Positions 59,901 through 64,000 of a DNA stretch of 64,000 nt are shown here, one piece after another. The translations under genes and the position numbers were made by a program. This DNA comes from Candidatus Thorarchaeota archaeon (GTDB taxonomy: Archaea; Asgardarchaeota; Thorarchaeia; Thorarchaeales; Thorarchaeaceae): contig JBHIAE010000004.1 of assembly GCA_046758445.1 (NCBI GenBank), positions 32,001 to 96,000 on the forward strand. The letters are read 5' to 3'. A model generated the notes under the pieces. It ran no database searches, had not been told where the DNA came from, and saw only the letters and a list, made by a program, of their open reading frames with translations. The number at the start of each line of letters is the position of its first letter. The first letter of the stretch is position 1.

Positions 59901-60665
59901 TCAAGGATGCCCAGTTCTGGAAATGGAAAAGAGAAGACCCTCAATACCCTTTACAATCACATTCTTGAACCCGTTCTTCTCCAAGATCATCCGCAGCTGG
60001 TCTTCATCTAGCCCTGGTGGATTCTTTAGGCCAAAGAACTGCTCGAAATAGACTCTTGCAAAGATGTTGTCAGTCTTCTCAATCTCAATTATCACCAGAG
60101 CGCCATTTCCCTTTAGCGCTCCTTTAAGATGGTTAATGCGATTTGTAATCTCGTTCAGCTCGTTTCCCATGAAGCATCCGACACCCAAGAAGCTAACGAC
60201 CATGTCGTAATGGCTACGAATGACAGGCGCGTCTTCCGAAAAGATAAGGTCGTTTCCTGCGAGGACACGTCTTATGCTCTCATGATTCAATGTGCATAGA
60301 ACCCTCTGACGGTGTTTCAGTTGAAGCAGTCCGGTTACGTCTTCCATCACCCTAGCGAGAAGCTGTGACTCGTCATTGCAGAATGTCTTCACCGCATGTA
60401 CAAGATACCCTCTGAGATGTTCTATGCCATACCGAGTTGGAAAGTACACCTTCCTGCGGGTCATTCCCGTTTCCACAGTCTCAAAGTCTATGAGCTCTTT
60501 CTTCTTGAGCGAATCAAGAACTGGATAGATTGTGCCGGGGCTTCTGAGGCCCAGTCTGTCCATCAGTTAAACTCCGCAGAACGGCATTTCCCTGAGAGTC
60601 AAGAGCACTCTTGCTTCAAGTGGACCAGCTATCATCTTTTCGGTGGCTAGCAAGGCATCGCCCAC
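59901..60665 (-). pseudogene. PadR wHTH fused to a methyltransferase-like domain; in-frame TAA at 60567-60569
   Basis: Upstream in-frame sequence MIAGPLEARVLLTLREMPFCGV-stop-LMDRLGLRSPGTIYPVL restores the PadR N-terminal helices. The C-terminal region YDMVVSFLG...LKGNGALVIIE...LEKNGFKNV resembles the second half of a class I MTase fold. Confidence 0.72.
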
Positions 60666-60741
60666 TATCGTGTGCCGATACTCTCGTTTATACGCCTATT
60701 GAACAGAGTAATGTTCGACCACTGACACTACATGTCGACAT
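60666..60741. promoter_or_regulatory. Divergent promoter with inverted repeats
   Basis: TATCG-tgtgc-CGATA (60666-80) abuts the padR GTG; TTTATA (60687-92); GAACA-n6-TGTTC (60701-16); ATGTCGACAT (60732-41). Confidence 0.5.
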
Positions 60742-60759
60742 CTTCAGGATTTGAACAGG

Positions 60760-62718
60760 ATGAGTTATGTCTATATGAAGGCCCTTGAGTTGGCTCCCGA
60801 GCGATACGATAAGGGAATAAGCTGGCTTGGATGGGGTGGGCTTGATGACATTCGGACCAAGATAGCAGACCTTGCCGAAACAGAAGGAGAGAACGTTCTG
60901 GATATTGGGGTTGGCACTGGCACACAGGTGCTAATGTGTGCTGAACGTGGCTTGAGTGTTGTGGGGATTGACCACTCTCCAGGGATGCTATCAGTTGCCC
61001 GCAAGAAACTAGAAACGATGCATGAAGAGGGGGGAGAGTCCAGTGTAGCTGCGTCCAGAGTCGTGCTGATGCAGAGAGCAGCCGTGGAAATGGATGAGTT
61101 CTCCGAGGAGTCATTTGGGCTAGTTACATCTACTCTAGTCTTCTCAGAACTCTACGAATCAGAACAGAGATACGTCCTCGCCAATGCGTTTCGCATCCTG
61201 AAACCTGGAGGTGCCTTGATACTAGCAGACGAAGTCGTACCTGATAAGAGACTGAAACGCTTCGCTCATGCAATCCTCGCTACGCCCTTGAAGCTCCTAA
61301 CATATCTGCTTACACAGACTAGCACTAAGCCCACTCAGAACTTGGTTAGAAGAGTTGAGGAGGCAGGCTTCGCGATTGAAGAAGTTGAGAAATATCAGCT
61401 CGATTCATTCCAGTTGATTCTCGCTCGTAAGCCAGAGAATCACATCTCAGACCTCGACTCCCATCGCTCATCCGAATCTGGAATCATCGGTCCTCCAAGA
61501 GGTGGCTTCTTGTCCACAGCGTGGCAGACTGCAGCAAGGATGATCGGGCACTCCACAGAGATTGGACTGATTCCGGTGGGCACACCTACTAGGGATAGCC
61601 CAGTTCTCTGCACCTGTAACTTCAATTTGACAGTTCGTCGCCTCGTTGGGCTTCTAGAACGGGAGGAGATAGATGCTTGGATTCTTGTAGCGCCTACGGG
61701 TGGGCACAATGTGTGGTGCGCTTCAGAGGCCGAAGAGTTCAATGCAGGGTCTGTGATCACTGCAATCAAGATCTCCAACTTGGAAGAGTGGGTGGACCAT
61801 CGTAGAATCATTCTCCCCCAACTTGCTGCTCCAGGTGTTGACCCAGGCAGGGTTAGAGAGGTGACAGGATGGAACTGCGTATGGGGCCCGGTCCACATGG
61901 ATGACTTGCCACGCTTTCTCAACGATTTGCCTGGCTCGATTCGGAACAAGACCAAGAGGCAGAGGAGTGTCAGATTCGACCTCAGGGACCGTATTGAGAT
62001 GGCAACAACAGTCTTACTCCCAACATTCTTGATCTTGTTGGTCCCTCTCCTAGTTGTCTTTGTGTTTCTTGATTCATGGGTTTGGGCACTTCCGATCTTT
62101 GCAGAAACTGCGCTCTTCTACTATGGAGTCTTTCTGTTCTGGCCAAGAATCCCAACAAGACTCGGTACAAGGAAGGTCGCCATTTGGACCTTGGTATTCT
62201 TGGTATTCTTGTTCACGATTTCGTGGGTAGTTACAGGCTACCTCGGAATCCCAGTCCCGTCAGCTTCATCCTTTCAGGGGTCCTATGCAATGCTAAACTG
62301 GTTGCCACTTGAGATTCTCGTGCCTGTCCTTGCTATCGCCTTGGCCTATGACGCTGATGGCTCAACACCCAATCAGAGGAGTACTCTGTTCACAAGAGCA
62401 TGGAACACAGGGGAAATCCATGTACGAGAGAGATGGGGGGCTAAACTGGTCACGACACAGTATGGCAAGATAACTGCCGACGTCAAGTCATGTACCGGAT
62501 GCGGCATATGCGTGGATGTCTGTCCGATGCAGATTCTTGGCATGGATGATACCGGCAGGAAGGTTTCCCTCCAAGACCCGGACTCTTGTATCAACTGTCG
62601 TGCCTGCGTGAATCGATGTCCAAATGATTCACTATTTCTGGTACCTGAAACGGAAGCTGGATGGCGAGCGTTTGAGAAACTACAGAATGCACAAAGGCAT
62701 TCCATGAAAGCCGTTTGA
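60760..62718 (+). CDS. Fusion of class I SAM methyltransferase, HgcA-like corrinoid domain, TM helices and HgcB-like 2[4Fe-4S] ferredoxin
   Basis: VLDIGVGTG and RILKPGG (MTase); G.P..DSPVL.T.N..LT, AWILV..T.G.NVWCA, HRRIILPQLAAPGV, WGPV...DLP.FL (HgcA/CdhD-type); about 4 TMs; CTGCGICVDVCP and CINCRACVNRCP. Confidence 0.88.
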   Translation: MSYVYMKALELAPERYDKGISWLGWGGLDDIRTKIADLAETEGENVLDIGVGTGTQVLMCAERGLSVVGIDHSPGMLSVARKKLETMHEEGGESSVAASRVVLMQRAAVEMDEFSEESFGLVTSTLVFSELYESEQRYVLANAFRILKPGGALILADEVVPDKRLKRFAHAILATPLKLLTYLLTQTSTKPTQNLVRRVEEAGFAIEEVEKYQLDSFQLILARKPENHISDLDSHRSSESGIIGPPRGGFLSTAWQTAARMIGHSTEIGLIPVGTPTRDSPVLCTCNFNLTVRRLVGLLEREEIDAWILVAPTGGHNVWCASEAEEFNAGSVITAIKISNLEEWVDHRRIILPQLAAPGVDPGRVREVTGWNCVWGPVHMDDLPRFLNDLPGSIRNKTKRQRSVRFDLRDRIEMATTVLLPTFLILLVPLLVVFVFLDSWVWALPIFAETALFYYGVFLFWPRIPTRLGTRKVAIWTLVFLVFLFTISWVVTGYLGIPVPSASSFQGSYAMLNWLPLEILVPVLAIALAYDADGSTPNQRSTLFTRAWNTGEIHVRERWGAKLVTTQYGKITADVKSCTGCGICVDVCPMQILGMDDTGRKVSLQDPDSCINCRACVNRCPNDSLFLVPETEAGWRAFEKLQNAQRHSMKAV

Positions 62719-62937
62719 GAAAGATCTGCCTAGCTGTCAGAGGACAAAAGAAGAGAAGCAGACTCTTCACATGAAACACAGAACTACGTCTATCATTCAT
62801 ACTGGTGTCGACGTGCTAGGCGGCTTGAACACATGGCGCTCAATGTGAGGCTTCTTAATCATGCTTTTCGCTGACTAACAAAGTCTTTAGGACGGGGGAA
62901 CATGCTGTATACTACTGACAGAGGATTGGTGGGAAGA

Positions 62938-64000
62938 ATGACTGATGACCTGATTCCTGAAGACCTCCGCAAGGAATACACCAAAGAAGAGATTCTAGAG
63001 ATTGAGAAGAAGCATATGGCACCTGCAGTGGCCCACTATTATGAGAATCCTGTCCTACTAGTCCGAGGAGAAGGAGCCACATTGGAGGACAGCTCCGGCA
63101 AGTCCTATATCGACCTCTTCGCGGGCATCTGCACGACAATCACCGGATACTGTCACCCAAAGTATGTTGCTACAATCAATTGGCAGGCCGAGCGGCTGGT
63201 CTACACAAGCTCCATGTATGCCACCATTCCGTATGCGGTTCTTGTGAAACGACTTGCTGAGATAGCTCCGAGGGGCCTCACTCAGTCTTTCATCGTCAAC
63301 AGTGGTTCAGAGGCGAATGAAGCTGCCCTTTTTATGGCACGCAAGTATGTGGGCAATCCCTACATTGTGGCATGCCATCACGCGTATCATGGTCGGACTA
63401 CTCTTGCGAGAGAACTCTCAAGTGCTGGATGGCGCACGGTCCCGGAGAGCCATCCATCGGGCGTGCGTTTTGTTCCATACGGATACTGTTATCGTTGTAG
63501 TTTTGGCAAGGAGTTTCCGGAGTGCGACATAGAGTGTGCCCGTTACCTTCGAGAAGTGATACGTGCAGAGACCAATAGTGCCATTGGGGCTTTCATAGCT
63601 GAACCCATTCAGGGGGTTGGCGGCATCATTCAACCACCTCCGGAGTACTTCCAGATTATTCATGAAATCGTGAAGGAGTATGGAGGACTGTACATCTCTG
63701 ACGAAGTACAGACAGGGTTCGGTCGAACTGGCGGCAAGTGGTGGGGGATACAGCATGCAGATGTGGATCCAGACATCATCACAATGGCAAAGGGCTTTGG
63801 CAGCGGCATTCCAATTGCCGGATTCGTCACTCGTCCTGAGATCGCCGAAGACTATACAATCTCTGACGGTTTCGCCACTTATGGTGGCAATCCTCTGTCC
63901 TGCGCGGCCGCAGTGGCCGTGATAGAGATCATCCAAGAGAGCAACTACTTAGAGAGAGCCACGAAACTGGGGAGTCACCTGAAGAAGAGGCTGGAGTCAC
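62938..64000 (+). CDS. Class III PLP aminotransferase (AGXT2/beta-alanine transaminase-like); 3' end runs off the window
   Basis: Not in the ORF track; translated by hand: YIDLFAGI, CHP, NSGSEANE, AEPIQGVGG, SDEVQTGFGRTG, PDIITMAKG. Confidence 0.92.
   Translation, partial: MTDDLIPEDLRKEYTKEEILEIEKKHMAPAVAHYYENPVLLVRGEGATLEDSSGKSYIDLFAGICTTITGYCHPKYVATINWQAERLVYTSSMYATIPYAVLVKRLAEIAPRGLTQSFIVNSGSEANEAALFMARKYVGNPYIVACHHAYHGRTTLARELSSAGWRTVPESHPSGVRFVPYGYCYRCSFGKEFPECDIECARYLREVIRAETNSAIGAFIAEPIQGVGGIIQPPPEYFQIIHEIVKEYGGLYISDEVQTGFGRTGGKWWGIQHADVDPDIITMAKGFGSGIPIAGFVTRPEIAEDYTISDGFATYGGNPLSCAAAVAVIEIIQESNYLERATKLGSHLKKRLES

Noticed and set aside
60760-62718. Calling this a bona fide mercury methylase (hgcAB)
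   Set aside because: The cap helix is NVWCASEA rather than NVWCA[AG]GK, the HgcB C-terminal Cys pair is missing, and fused homologs tested so far were not shown to methylate Hg.
1-64000. CRISPR array, transposase, integrase, prophage, rRNA
   Set aside because: No regularly spaced repeats or recognisable motifs were seen; the duplications present are paralogous coding sequences.

Overview
Gene-dense archaeal-looking window (roughly 50% GC, GGAGG/GGTGA ribosome-binding sites, TTTATA/TTTAAG promoter boxes). Its gene repertoire suggests an Asgard archaeon, probably Thorarchaeia; this is inference and no rRNA is present. I found no rRNA, tRNA, CRISPR array or transposase. Housekeeping and scavenging genes include alaS, PiT plus DUF47, a Dpp/Opp ABC operon, a secreted EEP nuclease, alkaline phosphatase, two M6-like secreted metallopeptidases, acyl-CoA dehydrogenase, an acetyl-CoA synthetase-like ligase, PreA and a class III aminotransferase. 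Four highlights. (1) 60760-62718 encodes one polypeptide fusing a SAM methyltransferase, an HgcA-like corrinoid domain (NVWCA cap helix), transmembrane helices and an HgcB-like 2[4Fe-4S] ferredoxin; it is divergent from a PadR-methyltransferase-fold regulator that carries an in-frame TAA. (2) arsM is divergent from a PadR with N-terminal CC..CC pairs, with three visible 16-bp operator palindromes between them. (3) A 10.6-kb divergent locus has two ABC ATPase/permease pairs, an anchored C39-like peptidase and an HTH gene facing a Zn/HTH regulator, four tandem bPH_2 (YdbS-like) membrane proteins and a 30-aa membrane peptide. (4) One M6-like peptidase is interrupted by three in-frame TAG codons. 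Several genes carry frameshifts or nonsense codons, which could be real decay or assembly error. All family assignments come from motifs recognised by eye; no database search was run.
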